This document shows, in pieces, positions 62,803-64,000 of a stretch of DNA of 64,000 bases. The first letter of the stretch is position 1, and each line of letters opens with the position of its first letter. Source of the stretch: Succinatimonas sp. CAG:777 (GTDB lineage Bacteria; Pseudomonadota; Gammaproteobacteria; Enterobacterales; Succinivibrionaceae); contig HF987965.1 in the NCBI GenBank assembly GCA_000431835.1, forward strand, positions 18,199-82,198. Direction: 5' to 3'. Under the pieces are notes generated by a model. The model worked only from the letters and a program-made list of their open reading frames with translations, searched no databases and had not been told where the DNA came from. The position numbers were made by a program, and so were the translations under genes.

Positions 62803-63681
62803 CTAATGATTATGCTGTCCATTTATAGTTTCAGTCATTATCTTACAGATTTCTATATCTCTTAAAAAAGATCCTTGATAAGGACTTGCTATAATTCCTT
62901 TATCAATATGACCTCCCCAACCAGGTTCTATTCTATTTAGCTTTTCTAAAATGATTTTTCCAAAGTGTAGGGTTTGTGGGGTAAAAGAAATTGATATCTT
63001 ATGAAGATTGTCATTGATAGCTATAGAAATATCTGCTCCATTTCTTTTTAAAAGACCGTGAATGCCTGTCAATTCAGAACGCAAAAGCATTACTTGGTAT
63101 CCTTCTATACAGAATGTCTTTGCTTTGCATAATTCATCAGATAAAAGCTGCTTCATTGTAGATTTTGCATTTGCATATCTTTTGAAGTTATCTGAAAAAA
63201 GAGGAATATTCCATACAGTGTTTAGTAGGTAATCTGAAGAGAAAATTGCTTTTATAAGCTCGTATCCTTTAGTAAATCTCTCATTTTCATCATTGTAAAG
63301 ATATAGCATGCCACTAAACAGAGATGAAACAGAATAGCTTGATTTGTTTAAAGGCAAAGGAGTGTTGCAGAGTCTAGTATTAGTATCTATGTAAGACACA
63401 TGATCTACAAATTGAAGTAAGCTTTCAGGCGCTCCTATCATATTAAATGCTTGTACAGTGGCGCATGGCAAATCATCATTTTCGTGATGATCATAATTGT
63501 TGAGCGTGCAAAGTCCATCGCCTCCACATTCAATGCACAGGATACTACTATCTTTTAAATCGCTGTCCGAAGCTTTATTTTCTAACCGTTTGATCTGTAG
63601 GTTATCAAGACAATCTGTAAGCATCGCTGCGGTGCTTACTGTATCAAGATCTGCTTTTAGAAAATTTATTTGTTTTATCAT
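62803..63681 (-). CDS. DHH-DHHA1 family phosphoesterase (NrnA-like, 292 aa) with degenerate motif I
   Basis: Motifs ADLDTV (DxD), CIECGGDG, NNYDHHEN (DHH) and PGWGGHIDKGIIASP (GGGH motif of DHHA1; compare B. subtilis NrnA NGGGHPLASGASI). Confidence 0.55.
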   Translation of the reverse strand: MIKQINFLKADLDTVSTAAMLTDCLDNLQIKRLENKASDSDLKDSSILCIECGGDGLCTLNNYDHHENDDLPCATVQAFNMIGAPESLLQFVDHVSYIDTNTRLCNTPLPLNKSSYSVSSLFSGMLYLYNDENERFTKGYELIKAIFSSDYLLNTVWNIPLFSDNFKRYANAKSTMKQLLSDELCKAKTFCIEGYQVMLLRSELTGIHGLLKRNGADISIAINDNLHKISISFTPQTLHFGKIILEKLNRIEPGWGGHIDKGIIASPYQGSFLRDIEICKIMTETINGQHNH

Positions 63682-63784
63682 TTTTTATAATAGAATTTTA
63701 TAAATGGAACACAGATTTAAAAAATGCAATCAAGTATGCTGTTGAGTATATAGACGAAGATAATACCTTTGTAAGGCTTTTCAA

Positions 63785-64000
63785 TGGACATTATATACAT
63801 AGCAGATTTGGATTTTATTGCCAAAAGGGAAATAAAGTCATTACCTCCATTTCATGGTGCTAGATTTAGTGCATTCTTAAGATTTGCCTGTAGAAAGGCA
63901 AATATAAAGCTAGATGAATGTGCCCATGCTTTATTACCCTTTAGGAGTGGCACAAGACATATTCATATAGGAGAGCATCTGCGCTTACGTTTGCTGTTAA
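63785..64000 (+). CDS. partial ORF (N-terminal 72 codons, runs off the window end), unknown function
   Basis: ATG at 63785, then an open frame to the window end: MDIIYIADLDFIAKREIKSLPPFHGARFSAFLRFACRKANIKLDECAHALLPFRSGTRHIHIGEHLRLRLLL. Divergent from the DHH gene. Not in the ORF track because it is incomplete. Confidence 0.3.

Noticed and set aside
63785-64000. Possibility that the partial ORF at the window end encodes a Cas6-like protein (superficial resemblance of MD..Y.I..L and LPPxxGxxFSAFL to Cas6 N-termini)
   Set aside because: The similarity is weak and non-diagnostic. No CRISPR repeats exist anywhere in the window and no other cas genes are present, so it is kept only as an unknown partial ORF.

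Overview
The window is a 64-kb chromosomal segment of a low-GC gammaproteobacterium with Enterobacterales/Pasteurellales-like gene order: pyrD-pepN, proQ-prc, degQ-zapG(yhcB), rplM-rpsI-sspB, lpoA/rsmI divergent, rnpB, the full dcw division/cell-wall cluster mraZ through ftsZ-lpxC, ampD, acnB, mdh, ffh, rpsP-rimM-trmD-rplS, mutH/rppH-ptsP-thyA, sdhE, a DEAD-box helicase, nagA and an RpiR regulator. Almost all of it is conserved housekeeping sequence with clear E. coli homologues, and no CRISPR array was found. The non-housekeeping content is: (1) a second, tandem ftsZ paralog directly after ftsZ that keeps the GTPase core but lacks the C-terminal linker and FtsA/ZipA-binding peptide, and has its own terminator and promoter; (2) a solo HEPN-motif (RNxxxH) gene inserted into the lpoA-rsmI divergent promoter region; (3) an AT-rich island next to the initiator tRNA-fMet holding two tandem paralogous small proteins of unknown function, a decayed M20 amidohydrolase, an orphan ORF and a frameshifted HxlR regulator; (4) several decayed copies of families common in gut anaerobes (AAA-ATPase-like/PD-(D/E)XK and HATPase_c+STAS-like); and (5) a small DHH-DHHA1 phosphoesterase plus a divergent unknown partial ORF at the window edge. 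Also notable: ddl is absent from the dcw cluster, sspA is absent between rpsI and sspB, and there are two nagA paralogs. Several of the frameshifts fall in homopolymer tracts, so sequencing error cannot be excluded.
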